Virus record (IMG/VR): IMGVR_UViG_3300036376_000008
Coordinates: 1-52,223 of that record
Length of the DNA: 52,223 nucleotides
Reading direction: 5' to 3' (one strand)
From: a virus
Taxonomy: Duplodnaviria; Caudoviricetes
A program made the translations under genes and the position numbers. This document shows positions 17,237 through 26,790 of this stretch, one piece after another. Within the stretch, counting starts at the first letter, position 1; each line of letters starts with the position of its first letter. A model generated the notes under the pieces. It worked only from the letters and a program-made list of their open reading frames with translations. It searched no databases and was not told the origin of the DNA.

Positions 17237-17709
17237 TGACGCCTCGGACGATTGAGAATCTCGATGACCTTGCGGTCGCGGGGGTCCTCGGCGGTCTGCT
17301 CCGTGACAGCCGGGCATTCAGGAACCTTGGGCGCAGGCGTGTCGCGCAGCGCGGCTAGGTCGGCCTGCAGTTGCGAGGACAGCGCGCCCTGGCGGCGAAC
17401 AAGCTCGTCGGTGGCGTCGATTGCGGCCTGGGCTGACGCGAGGTCGCCCCATGCCTTCGCGGCTTCGGCCATCGCGTTTGCGGCGTCGAGCTGCGCCTTC
17501 GCAAGCTGCTGAGCAGCCGCCGTCCGCTCCCTCGCGGCGGCAGCGTCCCGGCGCATCGCGTCCACGGTCCAGAATCCGTAGAGAGCGCCCGCCACGGCCA
17601 CGCCGACGAGGGCCAGGCCAAGGCGCGAGGTCAGGAACGTCCAGGCGCCGCGCACGGCAGCGAGAGACCTCTCAGCGCCGAGACCGAGTGCGAGCATGTC
17701 AGGCTCCAA
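17233..17709 (-). CDS. Inner-membrane spanin-like protein
   Basis: Single TM, Ala-rich coiled coil and C-terminal Cys; in the lysis cluster. Confidence 0.65.
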   Translation of the reverse strand: MEPDMLALGLGAERSLAAVRGAWTFLTSRLGLALVGVAVAGALYGFWTVDAMRRDAAAARERTAAAQQLAKAQLDAANAMAEAAKAWGDLASAQAAIDATDELVRRQGALSSQLQADLAALRDTPAPKVPECPAVTEQTAEDPRDRKVIEILNRPRRQ

Positions 17710-18034
17710 GAATCTTGCCGACGCCGATCGGCGAAATTTGCGTGGCTGCCGTCCCAGTTGCGCCGATCGGCGAATTATCGGACGCAGGTGACGGAGCGTC
17801 CTTCGTCAGCTTCGCGGCCTCGGCTACGGCTTCATCGATCACCGACGCCGGAACGCCGACATCGCCGACGATATCCTGGACCACGGTTTCGCCAGTGCTC
17901 GACCAAATCAGGCCGAGCATGGAGACGACCAAAACGACAGTGGCCAGAGCCGCGGCGAGGTGCGAGACAACGGCCAGAGCCAAGACGGCAAGAGCCGCTC
18001 CAGTCAAAACAATCTTGGTGGCATAGCGCCGCAT
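17699..18034 (-). CDS. Holin-like two-TM protein
   Basis: Long hydrophobic N-terminus immediately after the endolysin. Confidence 0.5.
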   Translation of the reverse strand: MRRYATKIVLTGAALAVLALAVVSHLAAALATVVLVVSMLGLIWSSTGETVVQDIVGDVGVPASVIDEAVAEAAKLTKDAPSPASDNSPIGATGTAATQISPIGVGKILGA

Positions 18035-18039
18035 CACAA

Positions 18040-18888
18040 TCACGCCGTGGCTCCTTGCGTGGTGGGTGAGGTCGAGACCGCAAGCGCGTCCGCGATCTCT
18101 TGAGACCGGCGCGTCGCGTAGCTGCGATAAGCAAATCCGAGGACACCGATGACGGCGCCGATCGCGGTCGCCACGGCAAGCCATTGCCCGGCCAGTGGCA
18201 GCACATCCGCGACCGGGCGAAGCTGATCGACAACCTGCGAGAGGACGGCCGTCGAGCCGCCCGCGCCGCTCAGGGTGTCTGCAAGGGCCGTGGACGGCTT
18301 GGAGACCTGATCGCGCTCCCAGGCCTTCCCGCCACCGTCAGCGAAGTAGACAGGCGCTGCGGCGTCAGGCGCCTCGGCGGCGAGAGCCTTCGCGACCTTT
18401 CGGACATGCTCGACCCGGCTCGACCACCCGCGCCCGAACGTGCGCCAGGTCTTCAGCGCCTTCATGAAGCGCAGCCGGTCGTCACAGATGCGGTCGATGA
18501 CCGTGACGGCGTCGATGTCCGCAATTCGCGACATCGTGGCGTTGCCGATATGGCCGTCCACGACGAGACCGCCGATCGCGCGCTGCAGAGCCTTGGTGGC
18601 GCGGGAGCAGCCTGAGTTCACCGCGAAGTCGAAGACCGCGTAATCGACACCTGCGGGCAGCTCGTCGCCCCGGATGCCGTCCCAGTACTGGTTGCGGTAA
18701 ATCGCGGAGATCTCGGCCGGCGTGATCGTCCAGACATCGCGGACAGGCTTGGCCTGCGACCGGAGCCACCCGGAGAACACGGTCTGCGTGACGCCGTAGG
18801 CCGTGCGGCCACCCGGGTCGCGCTTGTCGTCAACCTTGCCACCTTCGGACTGCAAGACGTACGGAAGGACTTTCGCGAAAGCGCTCAT
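18040..18888 (-). CDS. Endolysin, glycoside hydrolase family 108, with PG-binding domain and C-terminal TM
   Basis: 'SEGG...DPGGRTAYGVT', 'FDFAVNSG', 'DGHIG..T', 'FGRGWSSRV'. Confidence 0.92.
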   Translation of the reverse strand: MSAFAKVLPYVLQSEGGKVDDKRDPGGRTAYGVTQTVFSGWLRSQAKPVRDVWTITPAEISAIYRNQYWDGIRGDELPAGVDYAVFDFAVNSGCSRATKALQRAIGGLVVDGHIGNATMSRIADIDAVTVIDRICDDRLRFMKALKTWRTFGRGWSSRVEHVRKVAKALAAEAPDAAAPVYFADGGGKAWERDQVSKPSTALADTLSGAGGSTAVLSQVVDQLRPVADVLPLAGQWLAVATAIGAVIGVLGFAYRSYATRRSQEIADALAVSTSPTTQGATA

Positions 18889-19118
18889 GCGTCGCCTCCC
18901 ACGCCTTGGTCACCAGTGAAGTCGTCAGCCTCGCGCTGCGCCTTCAGCCACTTGCCCGACACGGCCCACAACACCCAGGCGCCAAAGATCAGCAGGCAGA
19001 TCAACCCAAGCTTGATCAGGAAACCGAGCAGCAACACCACGAACAGCACTGTCAGCTCCGGTCCAACAACCGCAACCGACAGCAGCAACAGGAACGTGAT
19101 GACAGCGAGCGCGTGCAT
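18885..19118 (-). CDS. Hydrophobic membrane protein (holin candidate)
   Basis: About 55 largely hydrophobic residues and a charged tail; coupled to the endolysin. Confidence 0.55.
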   Translation of the reverse strand: MHALAVITFLLLLSVAVVGPELTVLFVVLLLGFLIKLGLICLLIFGAWVLWAVSGKWLKAQREADDFTGDQGVGGDA

Positions 19119-19141
19119 ACGTCGAACTCGCGCATGCACTT

Positions 19142-19155
19142 ACGAAAGAGACAAA
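19142..19155 (-). promoter_or_regulatory. Dispersed motif TTTGTCTCTTTCGT, copy 3
   Basis: Directly upstream of the lysis operon. Confidence 0.7.
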
Positions 19156-19368
19156 CGAAAAAATGCGGTTCCTTGTGCTTCCATCGGAATAAAAGTCCGA
19201 TGGAGAGGATTACCCATGCCACGGCAACCCATAATCCTTCGACTTTCAAAGGAAAATAATTCGGTTGCACGGATCGCAGAGTCGATTCACCTTTAGGAAC
19301 CCTTGCGGACACGTTCCACGCGTCGTGGATGTCGCAGGTTTCCCCATTCTCGCGCGCTGCACGGCTCG

Positions 19369-22068
19369 ATGACTTCACCGCCTTCCGTCATTCGCAAAGA
19401 GCGCGTGAGCGCGGCTATTGCCGCGCCTCGCAGCTTCATTGCGTTGTCGCCGGAAGAGGTGCGCCGCGAGTTTGTCGAAGCATCGGCCGCGAACCGTGCA
19501 TCCAAACTGAAGGCTTGGCTCAAGCGCCGCGATCGCAATCTCGCCCGGGCTAAGCAACGCGCCGAGGAACTTGAAGACCGCGTCCAGTCCGGCGTCTTCC
19601 CGACCGAGGACGAGCTTGAGAAACAGCGCCGGATCAACGATTCGATGGCGCAATACCGCGCCGAGAAGTCCGCGGTTGCTTTGCGCATTTCGGCGGGATT
19701 TGAATGGCAGGGCGGTCGCATCGGAAGCACCCGCATTCCGCAGCCGATTCACGACCCGCGCCGCGGACCGAAGCGCAAGCTTGTAAAGCTCGACCCCGGC
19801 TTCAACGGCCTGACCTCGCCAACGCCTGAGGATCAGCGCATCGGAGGTTACGAGGTTGCTCCATTCCTGGAGCAAGGACTGCGATCAGGCGAGTCCGGCT
19901 TTCACATGCGGTTCGCCCAATACACCGACAAGGGGTCGATCCGCGGCTCGATCGACAAGGACGTCCTCTACACAGTCGATCGCAAGATCTTCGGCTTGGA
20001 CTTGCCCTACATCACGCTGCGTCCCGACTGGCTCTGCACGCATCGCATCGACCTCGACACGACATGGCCCACGCAGGACGCCTTAGTCGCCGTCCTGCAG
20101 GCAAAAGTCGATGCCGGGCAGCTTCCATGCCTTCCGCACGGCTACGCGTCTGCGCGGCTTCCTGACGGCGACGACCGCATTGTGCGCCCGCACCTCTTCT
20201 GGCACCTGCCGAAGGAGCAGGAGGTCCGGACCACATCCTACGGAGACAGCCCGGCCGAGCGGCTCTTCTATTCCGTCCAGGTCGGCATCGTGAAGGCTCT
20301 CGAAGACATCGGCGCGGACATCGGCGCCGTTGCCAACCCCAGGCGCATCAAGAATCCGCTCAGCCCGTTGTGGCGCAGCGCATGCATCCAGGACGAGGTC
20401 TACCCAAGCCTGCAGCAGTGGCGCAATTTTGTCTGCACGGCCACGACCCGGAACCAGGCTCTCGTCGCCAAGATTACCGAGATCTCCGGTCTCGATGAAA
20501 CGACATCGAACTTCCTCTACATCCGCGCCGGCATCGAGGCCAGGGCGTTCCTGCTTGCCCTGCACGACGCCAAGGATCCGACCTACCTTTCCGCCCTCGG
20601 CAACTGCGACGCGATGTCCGGCATCGTTTCCAGGCACATCATGTCGGGCCTGAAGGGCATGGATCCCGACCACACGCGCATCTGGAAAATCGCGCAGCTC
20701 TGCGGCAAGCGTTACGGTGGTGGTTGGGATCCGGCCCGCGCCAGGACGACCGGCAACCGCGGCGCCTACGCAGCCGAGATGATCTCGCTGACGGACACCG
20801 CCGAGCGCCGGGCTGCATCGGGCCGCATCACTGGATCCGTCCGCGTCAGCAAGTCGATCCAAGCGATCTCGGATGCCGTGACCTCAATCGTCAACGACAC
20901 CGGAGAGCTGCCTTCCCAGGCCGAGGTCTCCCGGAGGACCGGCATCTCAAAGAACACGGTTTGCGCTCACTGGAAAACTGCGATCTCGGCATCCCAAATC
21001 GGTGCTGTTAAAAAGCTACGGTCTTCTGAAACCGAAGATCATAACCCTTCCCTTCCTTCGCCGACGTCTTCTGACGATTCCGCCGCGTCAGCATCGTGCA
21101 GGATCGCGGTGTCTGTCTCCGCTGCCGACATCGTTGTCCGTCGCCGCCCGGACTGCATTGCGGATGCGGCAAACGATCTGTCTCCGACGAACTGCAGCAA
21201 CCGTGGGAACGGTATTGCCGCATCCGTAACTGACTCATCGCCCATCCGAGAAAACCCTGCTGCGCGGTCGCCCTGCGCTATCCTGGAGGCCGATACCGTA
21301 GTCCAGGTCGCTCGCCGCATCGTCGGGGAAGGCGCCAGGACTGCGCGTGGGCGGGTTTTCACATCTTCGGTGGATCGTCAGCCACGGAAACAGGAAACCA
21401 CGGCCACACGGCCATCCCCGTCCGTCCTGGGCCGCCTGGTCAGCACGAACACCGCGGCGCCGACGCCGTATGCTGGCGATCCCCGCCGCCTGAGCCGCTA
21501 CGTGGATGAGATCGACAACCGGCCTGAATGGATGAAGAGGCGGTCGCCGTCATCCGTTCTCCCCAAGCACGCCTGGGATGCTCGTGGGCAAGGCAAAAGT
21601 GTTTCCGTGGATCAGTCATCGGAAAACCAGGAAAACCCTGCCCAGCGTCGTCCTAATTCGGTTCTGGCCAGTCTCCGCAGTCAGGGTCTTGATCTGGTCT
21701 GCGATACCGGCGCTCCCGAAGTCGTCGTTCCTCGGCTGTCGAAGAGGGATATCGGAATCGCGAAGTGGCGAGCGAAAAAGGATGCCGAGCGGTTGGCGGC
21801 GCGGGCGGCTGAGCGTGAGCGCAAGGAAGCCGTCAGGAAAGCGGTTAGGGAGGCCGTGGTTGATCCCAAGGCGGCTGCGCAGCAGGCCGAGTATGATCGC
21901 CAGATGGCGCTGACGCGGGCTGCGCGCGGCGAGGTCGTGGCGACGGTTTTTGACGACCCCGATCCGTTCGACCTGCTGACGCCGGAGCAGCAGGCGTGGC
22001 TCGACGCCGGGCCGACCGAAACGGATCCCGAAGTCATCCGGCGAATCGAAGAAGAGATTCCGTTCTGA
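19369..22068 (+). CDS. Replication initiator, ColE2-type replicase/AEP primase-like, with HTH and long disordered tail
   Basis: 'RIDLD', 'RPHLFWHL', 'KNPLSPLW', HTH 'SQAEVSRRTGISKNTVCAHW'; ends EEEIPF; start uncertain (19303 or 19369). Confidence 0.65.
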   Translation: MTSPPSVIRKERVSAAIAAPRSFIALSPEEVRREFVEASAANRASKLKAWLKRRDRNLARAKQRAEELEDRVQSGVFPTEDELEKQRRINDSMAQYRAEKSAVALRISAGFEWQGGRIGSTRIPQPIHDPRRGPKRKLVKLDPGFNGLTSPTPEDQRIGGYEVAPFLEQGLRSGESGFHMRFAQYTDKGSIRGSIDKDVLYTVDRKIFGLDLPYITLRPDWLCTHRIDLDTTWPTQDALVAVLQAKVDAGQLPCLPHGYASARLPDGDDRIVRPHLFWHLPKEQEVRTTSYGDSPAERLFYSVQVGIVKALEDIGADIGAVANPRRIKNPLSPLWRSACIQDEVYPSLQQWRNFVCTATTRNQALVAKITEISGLDETTSNFLYIRAGIEARAFLLALHDAKDPTYLSALGNCDAMSGIVSRHIMSGLKGMDPDHTRIWKIAQLCGKRYGGGWDPARARTTGNRGAYAAEMISLTDTAERRAASGRITGSVRVSKSIQAISDAVTSIVNDTGELPSQAEVSRRTGISKNTVCAHWKTAISASQIGAVKKLRSSETEDHNPSLPSPTSSDDSAASASCRIAVSVSAADIVVRRRPDCIADAANDLSPTNCSNRGNGIAASVTDSSPIRENPAARSPCAILEADTVVQVARRIVGEGARTARGRVFTSSVDRQPRKQETTATRPSPSVLGRLVSTNTAAPTPYAGDPRRLSRYVDEIDNRPEWMKRRSPSSVLPKHAWDARGQGKSVSVDQSSENQENPAQRRPNSVLASLRSQGLDLVCDTGAPEVVVPRLSKRDIGIAKWRAKKDAERLAARAAERERKEAVRKAVREAVVDPKAAAQQAEYDRQMALTRAARGEVVATVFDDPDPFDLLTPEQQAWLDAGPTETDPEVIRRIEEEIPF

Positions 22069-22075
22069 GCTGACG

Positions 22076-22089
22076 TTTGTCTCTTTCGT
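22076..22089 (+). promoter_or_regulatory. Dispersed motif TTTGTCTCTTTCGT, copy 4
   Basis: Upstream of 22151 and the morphogenesis genes. Confidence 0.7.
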
Positions 22090-22150
22090 ATTCGGGTGTC
22101 ATCGATGTCGCGAATTCAGGACATCGCATGATCATCGGGAAGCACTAAGC

Positions 22151-22546
22151 ATGACTGAGCGAAGCAGGGAGGAGCGCGCGGCGTTCCGGGCTGAGGTCGT
22201 GGCGCGCCGGGCAGCCAAGGCAGCGCAGGAGGCCGTGGAGACCGCTGATGACGGTGGCAACAATCCTCCGGATGATTCCGCAGCCGCGATAATGGTCCGC
22301 TTCAGCACGGCGCTCTGGGGACGTCGCTGGTACACGGAGGCCGCCGAGTGCATGGGGGTTTCCGTCCGTACCGTTCACCGCTGGATGAAGGGACACGGAG
22401 AGCCTGACGCCAGGAGCATGGCTTACCTGGTCAAGGAGGCCAGGCTGCGTCTCAGGCAGCTTCATGCGGTACTGCACGGCGATGTCGCCCCAAGCGCGCA
22501 GCGTGCGTTCCTGGTGGATGGTCCGGCGATGCGTGGTGGCATGTGA
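22151..22546 (+). CDS. HTH DNA-binding protein (related to 4084 and 4937)
   Basis: 'ALWGRRWYTEAAECMGVSVRTVHRWMKG..EP'. Confidence 0.72.
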   Translation: MTERSREERAAFRAEVVARRAAKAAQEAVETADDGGNNPPDDSAAAIMVRFSTALWGRRWYTEAAECMGVSVRTVHRWMKGHGEPDARSMAYLVKEARLRLRQLHAVLHGDVAPSAQRAFLVDGPAMRGGM

Positions 22547-22667
22547 CCATGCCGTGCTGGAACTCGCGGTGGATCGGTGCAGTGCGGTTGTGGCTGGTAG
22601 TCGAGGGCATGGGCGGCGACAGCGCTGCACCGGTAGATCCCCGAACGAAGTCACTCATGGGTCGCCG

Positions 22668-22722
22668 GTGACCTGCGCGCGGGTTGCCATGACCTGCGCC
22701 CACAAGACACCGACAATGTCAA
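22668..22722 (+). repeat. 55-bp element with two TGACCTGCGC repeats, copy A
   Basis: Gap-free match to 45158-45212. Confidence 0.8.
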
Positions 22723-23050
22723 CTTGTGAGTTTCATACATGCAGGCGATAGACCTGATGCTGGGCTATGCCTGGCAACGGCGACGCGTCGGCCCTGCGTG
22801 CATGTACCGTGGTTTGCTCCCACAGCGGGGTCGACGCGAAGCTCGTTCGAAATCGTTCTTGTAGGATACAAGGCCGGCGAAGAAGGTCGTGGATGTCGCA
22901 AGACATCGAGCATCACGGCCTCCCCGCGCGGGTCCTTCCCCCGGGGGTGGGTGAAGGCCGTGAGGGTTCGCGTGACCGCCTTGGCTAGTGTCAGGGGTCG
23001 AAAATCCGGTTCGCATGTGCGGACCGCGGCCCGATCAGACGGGCGAGCTC

Positions 23051-23773
23051 ATGGATCATCTCCGTCACTCGAAGCTTGAGAACGTCAGGGTTTCCGACCT
23101 TGTCGGCTATGCGCGCAACGCGCGCACTCACTCCGCGAACCAGATCGCACAGATCGCTGCGGCGGTTCGGCAGTTCGGATGGACCAACCCTGTCCTCATT
23201 GACGAAGACAACGTCCTCATCGCGGGTCACGGCCGTCTTGCGGCAGCCCGGCAGCTCGGGCTGCAGGAGATCCCGGCCATCCGGATCTCGGGACTGTCCG
23301 AGGCCGACCGCCGCGCCCTCGTCATCTCCGACAACAAGATCGCCCTGAACGCCGGGTGGGAAGAGCGCACCCTTGCCGAGGAGCTGCGGGCCATCCGCTT
23401 TGCCATGGACTCCGGCGACCTCGACATCGACCTGCAGGTGCTCGGCTTCAACGACGTCGAGCTGGCCGAGCTGGACAGGATCCTGGATGAGCCTGTCGAC
23501 ATGGACGAGACGCCGAAGGACATCGCGGTGACCGAGGAGCCGGCCGTCGCCAAGACCGGAGAGACATGGATCCTCGGCGCCCACCGCCTCACCGTCGGCG
23601 GCGCTGAGGCTGCCCGCGACGTCGATGCGGTCATCCGGTTCTGGGAGCGCGAGACCAAGATGGACGCGCGCCTGTCCGGCGCGGAGACCACGTTCAAGGC
23701 GCGCTCCACGGACCTCGGCGTCGAGTTCGTCCGGCCGCCGGCTAAGGCGCAGCGCGCACGCCGCAAGGCCTGA
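23051..23773 (+). CDS. ParB/Srx N-terminal domain protein (ParB-methylase type lacking the MTase core)
   Basis: 'YARNARTHS..QI', 'FGWTNPVLID...IAGHGRLAAA', 'DNKIALNAGW'. Confidence 0.85.
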   Translation: MDHLRHSKLENVRVSDLVGYARNARTHSANQIAQIAAAVRQFGWTNPVLIDEDNVLIAGHGRLAAARQLGLQEIPAIRISGLSEADRRALVISDNKIALNAGWEERTLAEELRAIRFAMDSGDLDIDLQVLGFNDVELAELDRILDEPVDMDETPKDIAVTEEPAVAKTGETWILGAHRLTVGGAEAARDVDAVIRFWERETKMDARLSGAETTFKARSTDLGVEFVRPPAKAQRARRKA

Positions 23774-23775
23774 CA

Positions 23776-24333
23776 ATGGGTCTCAGTCTTCGCGCCTACG
23801 CCAAGCACAGGAAGGCACTCGGGCTGCGCGGCGGTACGGATGCCGCCGTCCGCAAGGCCGTGGCGACAGGACGCATCAGGCTGCTTGCAGACGGCACCGT
23901 CGACCCGGTCGCGGCCGACGCATCGTGGGATGCCAACACGGTCAAGGTCGGCAAGCCTGATCCCGAGCCGATGTCATCATTTCAGGACACCGACGACGAC
24001 GGTCCTCCGCTGCAGACCGATGCCCTGACGCCGAAGCAGAAGGTCACGCTGAACGACGTCAAGATTGCCCGCGAGAAGGTGAAGCTGAAGAAGGAGCTGC
24101 GACTGGAGGACGAGGCCGTTCGCAAGCTCGTTCCGCGAGAGCCGGCGCGCAGGTTCGTGTTCAACCTGGCTCTCTCCTACGCGACGTCGCTGCAGGCGCT
24201 TCCCGACGTGAAGGGACCGCAGATCGCCGCCCGGTTCGGCATCTCCGAGCACGACATGGTCCAGGCGCTGAAGGACATGGTGCGCGAGCATCTGGAGGAG
24301 ATCTCAAGGGAGCCGACCGATGTCGCACCTTGA
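23776..24333 (+). CDS. Terminase small subunit (probable)
   Basis: N-terminal 'LSLRAYAKHR...AVRKAVATGRI' HTH; lies directly before the large subunit. Confidence 0.75.
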   Translation: MGLSLRAYAKHRKALGLRGGTDAAVRKAVATGRIRLLADGTVDPVAADASWDANTVKVGKPDPEPMSSFQDTDDDGPPLQTDALTPKQKVTLNDVKIAREKVKLKKELRLEDEAVRKLVPREPARRFVFNLALSYATSLQALPDVKGPQIAARFGISEHDMVQALKDMVREHLEEISREPTDVAP

Positions 24334-26563
24334 TACGCTCGACGCTGCCTTCGACGGCTCCAATGAACTCCTCGTCTCATGGTTGCAGGGACTGAAGCCT
24401 CCTCCGGATCTCCTGGTGTCGGAATGGGCCGACCAGAAGCGCGTCCTCGACAAGCCGTTCACCAAGGTGCGGACGATCTGGAACACGTCCAAGGTTCCGT
24501 ACATGCGTGAGCCGATGGACGTGCTGTCCGCTCGCTCCCCGGTCCGACGTGTGTCGATGATGAAGGGCGCCCAGGTCTCCGGGTCCGAGACCGGCAACAA
24601 CTGGGTGGGCTACCTGATCGACCAATCTCCCGGCCTGACCATGGTCGTGCTGCCGACGATCAAGATGGCCGAGCGCATGTCGGTCCGCATCCAGGCGATG
24701 ATCGACACTTCGGCCGACCTGACCCGCAAGGTGAAGCCGGCGCGCAGCCGGGACAGCGGCAACACGAAACTGATGAAAGCGTTCGCCGGCGGGCTGCTCG
24801 TCTTCGTGGGCGCCAATTCCGGCCCGAGCCTGCGCTCCTACGCTTGCCAGAACGTCTTCATCGATGAGGCCGATGGATTCATCCACGACGTCGACGGAGA
24901 AGGCCCGCCGATCCAGGTCGTTGAGGCGCGCACCTTCGGCCAAGGTGACCGCTACAAGATCTACGTGAACTCGACGCCGAAGATCGAGCAGACCTCGGTC
25001 ATCAACAAGGAGTGGCTGAACGGCGACCAGCGGAAGTTCTTCATGCCATGCCCGCGCTGCGGGAAGAGGATGGTCTACGACTTCGCCCTGATGCGCCTGG
25101 ATGCACCAGGCCGCTACGACACCGTCTGGCACGAATGCCCGAGCGGCTGCGGCGAACGGATCGTGGAGAACCTCCACAAGACGGACATGATGGCGGCCGG
25201 GCGGTGGATCCCGAAGGCGATCTGGGCCGACGAGGCGCGCATGGCGGCGATCCACGCCGGCGACTTCACGGACCTGGAAGAGTTCAACAAGACCGCGCTG
25301 GAGCGCAGCTACCACCTGCCAGGTCTCTACTCGCCGATCGGGTGGATGAGCTGGCGGCGCGTCATGCGCCTGTGGGACGAGGCACAAGGCAGCCCCGGCC
25401 TTCTGAAGTCCTTCCGCAACACGGTACTCGGGCTGCCATGGCTTGAGGTCGGTGAGGCTCCGGACTGGGAGGAGCTTCTCGCCCGGGCCAAGACGTCTTC
25501 CCTCGTCATGCGGCAGGTGCCTGAATGGGTGACCTTCCTGGCGGCCGGCATCGACGTCGGCCAGGACCACATCGAGGTCAGCGTCTACGGATTCGGCCGC
25601 CGCAGGCGAAGGCACCTTGTCGACCACATCCGGATCAACGGAGAGCTGCTCGACCAGAAGCTGTGGGAGCGGCTCGACGACTTCTGCGACCGCCGCTACT
25701 TGCACCCGACCGGGGCGGTTATGACCACGCGCCGGAACTGCATCGACCGCAACAAGTGGCCGCACATCGTTGACGTATGGCTCACGCGGAAGGACCGCTC
25801 CAGGTTCACAGGCGTCCGCGGTGACGACAGGATCGACATTCCCTTCAAGTGGAGCGGTCACAAGACGCAACGCTCTGATGGAAGCGTGTCCAAGATCGAT
25901 GCGATGAAATGGGCTCGGGCCGGCGTCTCGCACCTGAAGCTTGAACTCTTCAAGCAGCTGCACCTCAAGCCGGATGACGACGGCGGCACGCCTGCTGGAT
26001 ACGTCTCCTTTCCATCGGACGTTACTGCCGACTGGCTGAAGCAGCTCACATCGGAGCGCCTCGTCTTCAAGACGAAGAACGGACGGCCGTACCCGACATG
26101 GGAGGAAGACCCAAACCTGCGCCACGAAGCGCTGGACTGCACGAACTATGCCCGCACGGCCGCGGCGATCGAAGGATGGGACGACTGGACCGACCTCGAG
26201 TTCGAGCGCGAGGAAAAGCACCTGGCCGAGATCGCCGCGCAACTGAAACTGGAAATGGCCCGGCGCAACCTCACCGACGTCGCATCCATCGTGGCCGGCC
26301 TTGTCTCACCGAGGGACGTGTCAGCAAAAGCGGACATCGTTGCGATGAACAGATCAGAACCCGCTGCGCCGCCCGCGCCAGCAGCACCTGCCCAAGATCG
26401 CCCCGGGCCGGTTCCGCTGAAGCGATTGAGGGAAGAGCAAAAGGCGAAGCAGGCCGAGCAGGTCCAGATGCCTGAGCCGGAAATCGTCATTGCAGGATAC
26501 AGACGACCGCCCAACACCATTCCGATGCCGAACTACATCGGGATGGATGAGGACGATGACTGA
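24320..26563 (+). CDS. Terminase large subunit, lambda gpA family
   Basis: 'VSEWAD', 'MKGAQVSGSE', 'FIDEAD', 'STP', CPRC, 'GIDVG', 'EALDC'. Confidence 0.95.
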   Translation: MSHLDTLDAAFDGSNELLVSWLQGLKPPPDLLVSEWADQKRVLDKPFTKVRTIWNTSKVPYMREPMDVLSARSPVRRVSMMKGAQVSGSETGNNWVGYLIDQSPGLTMVVLPTIKMAERMSVRIQAMIDTSADLTRKVKPARSRDSGNTKLMKAFAGGLLVFVGANSGPSLRSYACQNVFIDEADGFIHDVDGEGPPIQVVEARTFGQGDRYKIYVNSTPKIEQTSVINKEWLNGDQRKFFMPCPRCGKRMVYDFALMRLDAPGRYDTVWHECPSGCGERIVENLHKTDMMAAGRWIPKAIWADEARMAAIHAGDFTDLEEFNKTALERSYHLPGLYSPIGWMSWRRVMRLWDEAQGSPGLLKSFRNTVLGLPWLEVGEAPDWEELLARAKTSSLVMRQVPEWVTFLAAGIDVGQDHIEVSVYGFGRRRRRHLVDHIRINGELLDQKLWERLDDFCDRRYLHPTGAVMTTRRNCIDRNKWPHIVDVWLTRKDRSRFTGVRGDDRIDIPFKWSGHKTQRSDGSVSKIDAMKWARAGVSHLKLELFKQLHLKPDDDGGTPAGYVSFPSDVTADWLKQLTSERLVFKTKNGRPYPTWEEDPNLRHEALDCTNYARTAAAIEGWDDWTDLEFEREEKHLAEIAAQLKLEMARRNLTDVASIVAGLVSPRDVSAKADIVAMNRSEPAAPPAPAAPAQDRPGPVPLKRLREEQKAKQAEQVQMPEPEIVIAGYRRPPNTIPMPNYIGMDEDDD

Positions 26564-26783
26564 GCTCGAACAGCTGCAGGCCCAGCTCGCTGAAGCCAGG
26601 GCCGCAGAGCACAAGCTCCTCACACAGAAGCAAGCCGTATCCGTCAATGCCGCCATCGGCGGCCAGAACGGCGTCACGTTCAAACTTCCCGACGCCCCGC
26701 TGCTGCGCGAATACATCGTCCGACTCGAAGGCCAGATCCGGCTTCTGAAGGGCGAGCTGCGCAGCCGTCCCGTCTACATGTGA
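26556..26783 (+). CDS. gpW-like head completion protein
   Basis: Between terminase and portal; 'LREYIVRLEGQI'. Confidence 0.75.
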   Translation: MTELEQLQAQLAEARAAEHKLLTQKQAVSVNAAIGGQNGVTFKLPDAPLLREYIVRLEGQIRLLKGELRSRPVYM

Positions 26784-26790
26784 GGTCCGG

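Noticed and set aside
23051-23773. ParABS plasmid partition system
   Set aside because: No ParA, and the ParB domain is the terminase-adjacent ParB/Srx type without a parS-binding HTH
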